This document shows, piece by piece, positions 1-12,100 of a DNA stretch of 64,000 nt (position 1 is the stretch's first letter; each line of letters starts with the position of its first letter). Location of the stretch: positions 7,181,705 through 7,245,704 of the forward strand of contig CM082587.2 of assembly GCA_040954595.2 (NCBI GenBank). Direction: 5' to 3'. The DNA comes from Balanoglossus misakiensis (Eukaryota; Animalia; Hemichordata). Below the pieces are notes generated by a model that made no database searches, was not told where the DNA came from, and was given only the letters and a program-made list of their open reading frames with translations. The position numbers and the translations under genes were made by a program.

Positions 1-303
1 TAATAAAAAATATGAATAAATTACATCAAATCATATCAACTCCTACACTGCAGAATTCTAGGTGTTTTTTAATGTTTTTATGAATTCTAAAAATATTCCT
101 AATATCAACCCCACTGAGACTCAAGTCTGCACGTTTCGTTGGCTCTTAAAAGCTATTCTGCAAATTTCACTCTGAATAAATAAATTTCATAATTATTTAT
201 TTAATATGTGATCTGATTTAACTAAATTTAAATACAAGAAAAAAATGGCTGATCTTGGTGTAACTGTAAGTCTACAACATCTGAGAATGTTCTTGAATTG
301 CAG

Positions 304-3300
304 GTTTGAAGATGAAGCGGAGAAAACCCCGGATTACTTCTACAAACACAGAACCACCGAGTACTATGAAGATGCCTTGAAAACTATTGGCGATTTTGTT
401 GGTGCTGACCCCAAGGATCTGGCCTTTGCAAACAATGTGACAACAGGTAAGCACATGGGTTGATAGTTGTCTGTAATGCAGTAATGCACTTCTTTTCTTG
501 TTCTTTATTATTAAAGATTGTGACCTGTGAAATTGACCATTTCATACTTGGTCTTGTTATTTCACAGCTATCAATGGCGTGCTGAGATCCAAGAAATGGA
601 AGTCTGGAGACACCCTTCTGATTACAAATATGACCTACCCAGCCGTCAATTTTACATGTTATGATGTATGTGGCAGTGATTTGAATGGTAAGTTTAGTTG
701 CCATGGTAATAATTCAATCTCAATATTTTTGACAGAACAGGAAAATGTGCTCTGTAGAGAAATCAAAGCATGACAGTAACTGTTTCTTTAACGTGCTGTG
801 CAATTCTGTAGTTTTGTCATGCATGCCTAGAATTTAATCTCAATTGGGAGAAACGCCTAAAATCACATTTGTTGTCATGGCAATTGTGCTACATTATGGT
901 CAATCATAAAATCTCTGTTTTTTGCAGACATTTGTTCTGATTGAATAAAATGAATAACTGAGAGAATACCTACAGAAATTAAATTTTAAACTGTCAATCA
1001 TTCCAAAATAAGTTGTATAGAATTCCATTTGAAAGCAATTTTGTTACGAGTTTACATAATGGCACTTCCATTGAATGCAGTGCAGCGATTCTATCAATAT
1101 AAACTTATTAACTTTTGGGCATTTTGATAGGTAAATGGTTTCTTGTAAATAAAAGGGGTCAATATTTTTGCTTGCATAGTCTTCATGCGTGCACATAATG
1201 TTTTCCTGTAGGCAGTTTACAATTATTTTTAATCTATTTATGAGAACGTTAATTTTTGGACATTTTACCAAGTAGTCTTGGAAGGAAAGTGTTTCATTTC
1301 TATGACTTGTGTCTTTGAATTAAAAAATCGATCAATTATTAAAACATTTGAGTTCTATATTCAGTGTGTGGTTTGCAGGCTTTAGAAAACGTACAGTCCA
1401 AGACAAACTTTAATTTATAGTAATTTCCTTTGCAATTTACTGAACAATGTCACATTATTCTGTTGTGACAAGAAAGTTTAATTATAACGGTGCCGTTCTT
1501 CATTCAAGCATAAGCATGCCATGCCAAGGTTGAGACATGAAAATTACTCCATTAATTTGCAACGCTGTAATTGAAATCGTCAGCGTATAATAGAAGCCAT
1601 TGATTAAATCCCAAAGAAAGCTTATGGAGGTATTGAATTCCTGTTTTAAATTCTCATATGGTTGATCAGTCAACTATGACAAATGGAATTATCTTCTGTT
1701 AGTTGTGGGCAAGGGAGGGATCATCCTATAGTTCTTTTCAGTAATCTTATCAATATTTCAGTAATGTACCCTTACCCCGGTAAGAATGCCGTTTATCGCT
1801 TATTTGTAGGTGAACATCCTTGCCAAATAATCTGCCAATATCCTCGCCAGTAATCTGCCTATTGGTTCACAGCGTTTAGAATTCCACATGACAACACTTT
1901 TTGGTTTGGGAATGTGTTGTTCTAATGAGGAAAAGCTATTTCATTAGTGCCATTGTGGTACCAATACGTGCATAAACAACGCATTTGATTGACAAGTATT
2001 ATTGGTGTTAGCGTCAAGAGCCAGCTGATATTGTGCTTCCTCAAAATTTAAAGTTCTTTGGTCAGTCACAAGTTGAATGGGGCCCAGTTTTGAAGACAAA
2101 CAAGTCCAGGCTGTTTCAGAAGGCAAAATGTCAGACTGATGATCATTCAAGTGAAAAGCAATCAAAGAACTGTAATAAATCTATAATGGTCGCATCAGTA
2201 TAAACTGAAATATACATGCATGGCCATTCTTGGTTCATTTGTTGCCTTGTGAAATTCTTGCTGTGGGATTAGAAAGCATGAAATAAACATTGCAGTGGAT
2301 CTGATTCAGAAACGCATGACTTGCTACGATTTGTGATCATGTGATTACTTGTGTCGCATCCAATACTGAGAGAATCTAGAGATACATACAAACGCTATGA
2401 GATATGGTTCGTTTTAGGTTGTTGCATGGTTTTTGTCTAAGTCGTATTTTAAATGTCTTGTAGGTGCCCAAGTTGCCTTGGTGAAGATCACTTTCCCAAT
2501 CAAGGACAAAGAACAGGTGATACAGGCCTACAGAGACGCCCTCGACGCCAACCCGGACACAAAAGTGGCCGTTATTGATCACATCATCAGTTACATGACC
2601 TTTGTCAACCCCGTGAAGGAATTGGTGGAGTTGTGTCATAGCAGAGGTGTGGAAGTGGTCATTGATGGTGCGCATGCTCCAGGCCAGCTGAAACTCAATC
2701 TGCCAGACATTGGTGCCGATTACTACGCAGGTAAGAATACCCAAATTATTGGAAGGTTTTAATGAGACTGATTGAATATGCAGTGTATCACTTTAGATGT
2801 TCAGTACATATGATGCAAAATGCTTTGATACATTTGTACATGTAGATAATAATAAAACAATTTTTTTCAGGTAACATCTACAAGTGGTGTCTGTCCGGTC
2901 GTTGTGCCTTCCTCTACGTCGATCCCAAACACCAGAAAGACGTCAGACCCGTGGTCACTTCAAACAACTACCACAAAGACTGGAGACAACAGTTTTATTA
3001 TCAGGGAACTAGGGACTACACTGTCTACCTGACCGCTGGTGATGGTCTCAAATTTATCAACGACATAGGGGGTCTGGTAAGTTGAAGTCAATACTCATCT
3101 AGCAGCTTGTAAGCCAAAGCTTGCCCATTTAAAATGCACTCGCACAAACTAATGATTTCTGAAGAGTAATCCCCTTGATCCCCTTGGATGACGCCTTGCA
3201 GAGACTGATATGCCTGGGTGCCTCTCTATAAGATCCGATTCTCGGATCTGTAACATTTAGACTTGAATCGTCTCATTTTCAAAACATGGCAGTGATTGCT

Positions 3301-3968
3301 TCATCAGAGACTGCTCACGTATTGATGACAAAATACTGTAAAACACTTTATTTTCCCCGAGTTGAAATTTTCGCGATATCGAGAGAGGCCACTGTTTCGC
3401 GAGTATTAATTTTCGCGTTCTCTTATTTCATTCACTGCATCGTTATCTTAAAAATAAATTTACGCGACTTATTTTCACGCTATTTTGGCTCTCGCGTATT
3501 TCACGAAAACTTATTGCTCGCGAAAATAAAGTGTTTTACAGTAGTTAAGTTTTCCTTGATAGATAAGCAATAAAACGATTCTCCTGATTTTAAGTTAACA
3601 CTGTGTAATTTGGTCTTTCTTCATTCCAGGATGCATTGTACGGTTACATCACACCGTTGGTGGAATGGGCCGCCGATACGCTGACCAAAGCTTGGAACAC
3701 GGAGCGTGTGCAGATCCCGAGAGACATGCAAGCCCCGTTCATGATCGTGGTCGGGTTTCCGTACACCAACAGGCATCCGATGACCGGCGAGGGCAGTGTG
3801 GCCATCATGAGAGATTTGTGGGAGAAGTACCAAGTGCAATGTCTTGTCAATGCCGAAGGTGGACAGTTCTGGTGTCGCGTCACTGGTCATGTCTACAGCA
3901 CCGAAGACGACTTCTGCAGACTGAGGGATGCTGTGTTGGATTACATCAAGACTGACCGAGAAGAATAA
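304..3968 (+). CDS. PLP-dependent class V aminotransferase-fold C-S lyase (Egt2/hercynylcysteine sulfoxide lyase / L-cysteine desulfhydrase / isopenicillin N epimerase-like), copy 1; first coding exon lies upstream of the window
   Basis: Exons 304-446, 568-687, 2464-2730, 2871-3076, 3630-3968, all AG/GT-bounded with compatible phases. Motifs FANNVTTAIN, IDHIIS, IDGAHAPG, DYYAGNIYKW (PLP lysine), QGTRDY and WCRVTGHVY fit this family. Confidence 0.9.
3334..3543. mobile_element. ~210-bp MITE with ~21-bp terminal inverted repeats and TA ends (Tc1/mariner-like non-autonomous element)
   Basis: TACTGTAAAACACTTTATTTT ... AAAATAAAGTGTTTTACAGTA; a near-identical copy lies in reverse orientation at 55113-55320; absent from the equivalent intron of lyase copy 2. 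Confidence 0.88.
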
Positions 3969-6900
3969 AAAATGATACTGTGACATTAAAAAAAAGACCA
4001 TAGTGGCTGAATGTATGGAACACACGAATCAGCACGTTTGGATTTTGAATGTATATCCATAGTAACGATCAAAATCAGAGACTGAACGATCAGCCAGATT
4101 TCTGACAATGTAAACTTTGATCACCATACATCAGAATGGAACACATAACATTGCACTCTCTTAAACACAGGTGCATCACCTATTGTCGCACTGTTATGCT
4201 ACTTCCAGACTTGACCAGTAACAAAAGTCATTCAAATATCATCCAAAAATGATCTTTGGATATTTGGCATTAGATTTTGCTATAAAATCTTGAATAATAA
4301 GATTTTAGAATTACACCTCAAAATAGTTGTTTATGTAGAGCCCATTTCATGACATAAAAATGTGCATATTACTTATTGGTATCCCAGGTCAGAACTGAAC
4401 ACATTGTTTTCCATGTTTCCTTTTAGTTTAGTTTTTGTGTTTATTATTTATAAACACCCATGATCTTGTTTTCTTTATATAGATCATTATAAGCCGGTAA
4501 TGACACTTTTTTTCTTACAACTGATATAATAGTGACATCAACCAACAGTTAATATACAAGTCGGCATACTTAATACCCTAAAAAGCGAGTTTGAACAAAA
4601 CAAAATGACAGAGTGGGTACAATAGCACACAGTTTTAATATCCACATGCAATTGTCCCAAAATAGCATGTGTGTTAACATTCAGAGATGAGACAAAGTTT
4701 TGAGTCCAAAGTTTGAGTGGTATTCATTTATTTGCAATTGCAATTTTGGAAAAGGTGACTTACCCGAACCAGTCTCCCAAAAGCAAAACCTGAAATACTG
4801 AATACAAAATATATTGTTTGTAGGTAAGAGTGAAATTTCCATATAATCATCATGCAAATTAGGAATGAAACCGAAAAAAAAAATCGTTTTGAAATTACTA
4901 TACTCGTTAGGTGCGTAAATGGTCATGGTTTATTCGTTGCCTGATTTTCGTTTCAAAATAACTTGTATATATTTTTCACTTAGCGAAAGTATTTCCTATA
5001 TTTAACACTACATCTTGTATTTTCAGCCTCAAAAAAGAGGTTTGACCGCCATCACTCCTAATTTACATATGACCATATATGGTTTGAAGGACGTGCCTTA
5101 AGTCCTCGAACTGACCATATGATGGCACGCATTTTTTACTCACAGAAATCTGTGATTGGCTGGATCTCAAGTTTCCGTGGTATCAACAGGGAAACTTTCT
5201 TAGGCTGGGCCGAATATATACTGCTTTTTTAACCTCTTTGTTCAGTGACTTGTTTCGGTTTAATATTTAAGGTGACAATTGAACAATTCACCATTCGGAG
5301 TCGAATACTAAAATGCGACAAGGCATCCCGTTTCTGGGAAGTCCATCATACTTGTACTGAAATGTATCCTAGGGGGGAAATCTTTTTTCCCTAAGTGAAC
5401 AACCTTTGAATTGTCTATTTTGTAACCAACACCAAAACGAACCGATTGTCTTTTCTCTTTTTTGAAGCTGTCATGCTTCGTGTAAACGTTTTTGAAAATA
5501 GTACACAGTACAGTGTGTAGAATACTTAGCGCCTGCTTGACTACCAATTCAACGTGAACAATTGTTTCACAATGTTATTTCTTGTACATACAACAAATTT
5601 ATCTCTTATGTTGTAACCGAGGTAGAAAGATTGAAAGATTTAAAAAATATATTTTCGCAAATTTAAATATTTACGTCATAGCGGCCATATTTGTGATGCA
5701 GAATTTCATGAAATCTAAGTGGGCACAATTTGGTGTCGGGGTTTTATTGATAAGTTGATCCATGTGAAGCCAGAATCCTACATCATATGAGAGATTACAT
5801 CCCAGAAAAGATGGAATTCTATCTCGTTTGAAATTACTGCCAGGGGTGTGGTCATGAACGCTGTACATTAACGTCGTACTATTGTTCGTGATTTGCCATT
5901 AAGGAATTCTGAAACATTTACAGTGAGATTCCTCGAGTGTTGCCTCACACAGTTACCATCATCCAAGTTTACCTGAATGAAAAGGCGAGGCAATGATCTG
6001 TGTACAAGCAGTGGCCATAGTTATTTGAGGTTTATAGACACAATTTTATAACTAAGGGTCTTTTTTGAAGAATTATTCTGGTGTTGAACATGCTGATCAT
6101 GCACTTTCAAGATTCAATTGAACACAAAAAAGTAGTATAAAATAAGTTTTGAAAGTAATGTCATTTTCTAATGATTGGGGAATATTTTTGGGTGTGTGAA
6201 ATGCAGTTTAATATTGCATGAAACCAAGTCAAAAGAAATAAAGCATGATAAACGGATAAATATTACTAGCTGAGTCTGTTATATAATGTAAATGGTAACT
6301 ATAAGAGACAATCCATTTGAAATTGCCAAATTTGCGAAATGCGTGTGTTTCTCAGCTTGCTGCCTCAGCTACCCCGGCCCTGGGGACACTGGCTGTCTAT
6401 GCACACCGAACCACTAAAACTGCAGATATCTATTCAAAAACGATGTAGACAAATGCATTATGCGACTGACGAATGTTTCCACTGAATCTAATGTACGTTG
6501 CTATACCTCGCATCGCAACACAATTTACCCAAAGCGAAGAATTTTTCATCTTGCTAAAAAGGGTTCTTATACCTGACGAATTGTCATGGCAACGATTGAC
6601 GTACATACGTCCATAGGCGTTATCTTCTAGGTGTGGCCACCCATCTCATGAACTTTCTACAGGCCAAATATTTAGAGTAAATGCTAGCAGAGAGGGGTGA
6701 GAGAACAGAACGTCAAGAGAGAAAATGACAGAGACAGATAATGTGCATAAATGTTCGCTTGACGCATTCCTTTACTGTAACTACGCTCCCTACATTAATT
6801 CAATGACGGAGCGACCGAGGTATATGACACTATCCTAAAACACAAGCGCCGTTTGAAGCGGAAATCGGTTGACTGTTTTGACAAAAGAAAAGTCAACTAA

Positions 6901-7429
6901 ATACATGGCAGCAATTACTACACTTTGGGGATCATAATTTACAACATAACACGGACAATATACCTTCCGTTATGAGCCTGAAAAGAAGTACACATGAAAG
7001 ATTAATGAGCTGTCGAATTGTGACTCGCATCTTCTGGGGCCGCCGATCTTCTCCAAGTGCGAAAATGTCATTTACCAAAGAATTGATAGATTGATCTAAA
7101 ACTCTTCCAGAGGCAAGGAATACTTATTCACTACACAGTATGTGTAGAATTCGTTTGATTTTACTTCATTATGCCAAAATAAGTGAATGATATTTAGAAA
7201 GTTGTTGAATGACGTACTCGATAATTGCAACGTCTCATGGGTGTGACCTAGTATTTCACAAATGTAGTGTAATGGTCTTACGACCTCATATATATCAAAA
7301 CCCTTTAGGTCGTTTTATTGCCCGCTTGGGAATATCTTGCGCGTTGTTTCTCTATTGCGTTATTTTTTCGCGTTAATTTTCGACCCACTTTTTCTCGGTG
7401 AACATCGTTTCAATATCTTAGAGGCTTCT

Positions 7430-7638
7430 CAGCCAACCGTCGCCATGGTTCCTGTCACGTGTCGCCGCTGCCGAAAGAAAGTCATAGTTTGGGGCGGATC
7501 CACTGATCATCTGTGTGCGCACTGACGATTGTGGATTTACTGCACTGGCAAACACGACGATGTTATGAGTCGAGAAGCTAGCCACCGGAGACTGCGTTAA
7601 AATACCATTTCTTGCATCTAACAGGAGAATATTTCACG
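7430..7638 (+). promoter_or_regulatory. Putative promoter and non-coding first exon of lyase copy 2
   Basis: CpG-rich stretch with CACGTG E-box and GGGGCGG GC box, ending at donor CG|GTGAGT (7638/7639); next acceptor TTTCAG ends at 9134, 30 nt before the ATG at 9165. Confidence 0.45.
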
Positions 7639-7915
7639 GTGAGTCGCATTCGTTCTTGACTTACTACAAGTTTGCCAATTCAGTGGCAGAGAGATAGGGG
7701 CCTATTAGTACTTTGTGGAGCTAGATTTTTCAGATGACATTTGATCACATTTTAGGAACAACGCAAATACTGAGGAAAATTGATGTAAGTGTATGTATTG
7801 TTCCACAGAAGCAGTAATGCATTCATGAGCCTATGTTCAAGCAAAATAATATTAAAATGTAACTAGGTATATCATGTGGTGTAGCAGGTCACCATAGAAA
7901 CGAGGAAACAAAACG

Positions 7916-7960
7916 CATTCATTCATTCATTCATTCATTCATTCATTCATTCATTCATTC
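7916..7960. repeat. (CATT)n microsatellite
   Basis: About 11 perfect CATT units read directly. Confidence 0.95.
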
Positions 7961-9164
7961 AAGTCGTACCATGGTTGTTGCAACAGGTTTCTGTTCCACT
8001 TCGTTCAATCGGGTACGTATAGACACCAAAATTCACTTGATATGCCGAGCTGTTTGCTCCAGTATAATGGCCTTGACCATATGAGCGATGCGGACAAAAT
8101 GCGGCCACCTCTGTGATGTTCAGTTCACTGTCCTCTTGATATGTCAACGCTAGGGCTAACTTTCGACAAGCTAGCTTGCTACATGTTGACGATTCATTCA
8201 TATAGGCCTATTCATGATGTTTTCTGCATGAGGTAGACTGGGAGAATATCCTTTCTCGGCAACATAGACGTATAACGGTTATTTCACATTTTCGATGCCG
8301 CTTGGTGTACATTAGCAAAACTCCCAGCATTGTCTGGCCTCAAGAGTTTTGGCAGTTACTGTCACTAAAGAAAGTTACAGCACTATACCCTACCATTCTT
8401 AGATAAAGGCCCAAACCGAGTTTTGTCAGTCGTAGTGAGCCATTCCCATCTCTTTCCTGTTTCGAGTGCGACCACAAAGTAATGACCGGGGACCACAACA
8501 CGTCGGTGAAAAATTTGCAGCTGGCGTTTGGCACAATTCATGCTGCCTTTCTTGGCCTGGGGGTCACGCATTTCTTTGACAACGTGGCCCCAATCAGGTT
8601 ACGAAGAAGACATTATAAAGGGAGCAGAGTCGAGTCACCCCGCAAATGCGCCCATCGCCAACGAAGTACCAGTACATGTAGTTATGTTCGCATCTGTGAA
8701 CTATTAAAGGGGAAGTCAGGTCCAGCCGATTTCTACATAAATTTGATAGCTTTGAGGCCACACTTTCAGAAAAAAAACATGTTCGCCCTGTGTAAGTCGC
8801 GCGAAACTAGGGAATTTTGGCAGAATTTCCAATCAGGAACACACATAACACCCAAAACATTCGAACCCATTCATACGCCCTAACTCACTTGCTATTAGTG
8901 CCAGTTCGTTCCAAAAGGGTAGGGTTCGATTTTCAGAAACAGAAGCCTCAGTTCCATTTTTTCCCAACACTCCATTGGGCCCTGGGACAAACAGACAGAC
9001 GGCAATATGAGTGAAAAGGTTTCAGTAATCATACAGAAAATAATGATACTACGTTATTGCTCTAGATTCTTGACACAAGCGGCGCGATCGAGTAAATCGA
9101 CGGAAATTAAAATGTTAATTGTGTTTCATTTCAGAATTTTCTTCGCTCAGAATTTGAAGCGACC

Positions 9165-12100
9165 ATGAGCGGCGATGTCAAATCCTTCGTCGCTTCCTTG
9201 GCATCCCCGGTTGCCATGGCAGCTAGGCAGTTGATCTCCGTCCTGGGCATCGGCGGTAGGAAATTCCCGCCGAACTTCGGCCGCGAAATGCGTGAACAGG
9301 AGTTCTTGCTCGACAGAGACGCGGCGTTTGTGAATCACTGTTCGTGCGGCACTATACCACGAGGAGTTATGGAACGACAGAGATGGTAATGCATGAGATT
9401 TATTCATTTCTAGAACATTTGCCACTAAGATCCTTAATAGACACGGGCGGATCAAAATGAGGCACATCACATAGACACATTCTCATAGAGCAGCAAGAAG
9501 TCTAAATGCCAGTCAAAGTTCACATTGAAATGCAAGGCAAACTTGAAGTAACTGTAAGGCTAATTAATAGTCGACGATTAAGTGAAAATAATGTCTCAAT
9601 GTGTAAGCAAAACTCGTAAGACTTCTCAAGCTATCCACAAAGCCATAAAATTTCCACTTAATTTGGAAAGAATATTACTCGGTCCATCGTGATCTTAATA
9701 GTAAGTACGATAAGCATCGAATTGGACAGGTAAGGCGTAATGACAATCAGCCAGACATTAATCACCGGCAACCTAATTATACTGGCAGTTGAAATCTAAA
9801 TGATTTATCGAGGAAAATGTGTAATAACGCTAATGAGAGCAAGCGATGATAATTTTACATGATATAATATTTCACTGTAGCTGTGAGATCAGATCGCACA
9901 GTATAGGGCAATGAAGGTTAAAAACTGCACAGTTACTAAAATCATATACTGTCTACCGATTTTGGCCCTTCTTTTAGTTCGGCCTGGTCTGACTGTACTA
10001 TACCCCACTACCCTCGGCCTTCTAAATTAACTGCTTGACAGCCAAGCATATACCCTCGCAAATCCTTGGATTGTTAACATCGGTCAAGTATTCTTGGGAA
10101 AAACAGGTTTCAAGACGAAGCTGAGAGAACACCAGACTACTTCTACAAACACAAGACTGTCGAATATTACGAAGAGGCGTTGAAGACGGTGGGAGATTTC
10201 ATGGGTGCCAATTCAGAAGACCTCGTCTTTTGCAATAACGTGACAACAGGTACTGATGACGCGGACTATATTCAAATGAACCTTCGCAAGATCTCCAGAA
10301 GGGTATCGCTTTGTAAAATGAAGTCAAATCATGACTTGTACTGAACGACATCATAAAATGGACAAAAGACAATACAACACGCCATTTTGTCGCGCAGGCT
10401 CGTACACATAGCAACCAAACATATTGAAGAAACCGAACAATATAGTATAACTCAGAAGTCTATATATGAGATGATAACAAAATTCAATAAATCAATTATG
10501 ATTTCATTTCGGTATTTTGGAGCATATTCAGTACTGATCAACAGATATATATCACACTGGTATCATTATTTTTCAGCTATCAATGGCGTACTAAGATCTA
10601 AGAAATGGAGACCAGGCGATACACTTCTGATTTCCAATCTCTCCTATCCAGCCGTCAATTTTACGTGTTATGACGTATGTGGCGATGATTTGAACGGTAA
10701 GTCAACGGAAAAGCGACTCTTCCACACACAGCAACCTAAAACGAACATATTTCAGGGTTTGCGGAAATTAAATGTATTTTTCTTCTTCTGGGATTAGGTT
10801 AACACAGAGCATCACAATCAGCCGAGAATAACTTCAATATTGATTTGGAAGCGAATGTTGTCTTTCGATTCGCGAAGCGAAGAACAGCATCCGTAATTAT
10901 GCATGATAAATTTGAATAATGTAGTCTTGGGAGCATTTAATATGCAAATGACAAAAGGTGGCTATTTCGTGAATCAGAAATGTTTAACCTTCTACAAATT
11001 CAAACCGGGTGATATGAAAATCCAATCTTGGCAGTTTAAAACTCATAAACGAGTGAAATTATAGTTTTCACGCGCGCCAGACAACTACGCGTGGTAGTTG
11101 TCCTAGCTGTTGCTAAGGTAATATTCATAGGGCAAATAATCAATTGCAAAATGCTATGCATTGTATTATTTCGGGACAATGACAGTTTAATTTGAAAGCC
11201 AATGTGTTAAATTACATTAAAAGCCTCGCTCCAATAAACGTACAAAGAATTAATTTATCCTATATGTCACATTGTTGTGTTTGCATTAAGTGTATTGCTA
11301 AGTTTCTACATCATAAATGGGGTATTTTTTATTGCGCTGGGCGATTCCCCGATTTTAGTGCCTTTAGAATAGACTTTTGAATACTGAGCACATTTTAAAG
11401 TACATCATTTCACACATTATGTATAATGCATTTCAAATGTGGGAGTCCGGTCACGTTCGCGTATCACATGATTCTTCCTACTTCCCAGGAGAGAGCGAGA
11501 GTAATAAGAGAAATCTCAAGCTTACTCACACACACTTGAGATAACGAATTACTTTGCTGTCCACAGTACAGTCGATTCCTCACCTCATAGACACGGTTTG
11601 AGATTTGCCGCGCCATCAAGGAGCAGGAAAGATGGCGTTTTGATGGAGATGTAATCTAGACAACGCTTGAGTGGTGTGTGATGAGGCGTGCAGTGTAGGA
11701 CGGGATATCACTCCGATCACTGAGCCAGACATCGCGGTAGATTTATTTTGTCGCTGACGCTGCATATTGTACAAGTCCCTGAGTGGGAGGAACTGTGCGC
11801 ATATACAACAGATGAAATGCAGGTCGACTTTAACCATACTACATGGTCATTTGGTGTCATATTGTTTGACACACTTCAAAATTGTGCACGAAGAATGTAA
11901 TATCTTGGGTTTGCTTGACATGCATACCCACAGTACAGTACTACAGCACAGAGCTGTAGTGCTGTACTGTACAGTGGTGACCGAATCAAATGCCAAGTTT
12001 TTAGGTCTATCAAATATAGAATATGTTTATAATTTCCGGAGTCTTCATTCGTGTATACTCTACGAGCTTTGAACTTGTCAGGCGCTGATTAGTAAATTGT

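Noticed and set aside
245-3968. Lyase copy 1 as a pseudogene, or starting at ATG 245
   Set aside because: All five visible exons are intact and in phase; ATG 245 is intronic and the true first exon is presumably upstream of the window.
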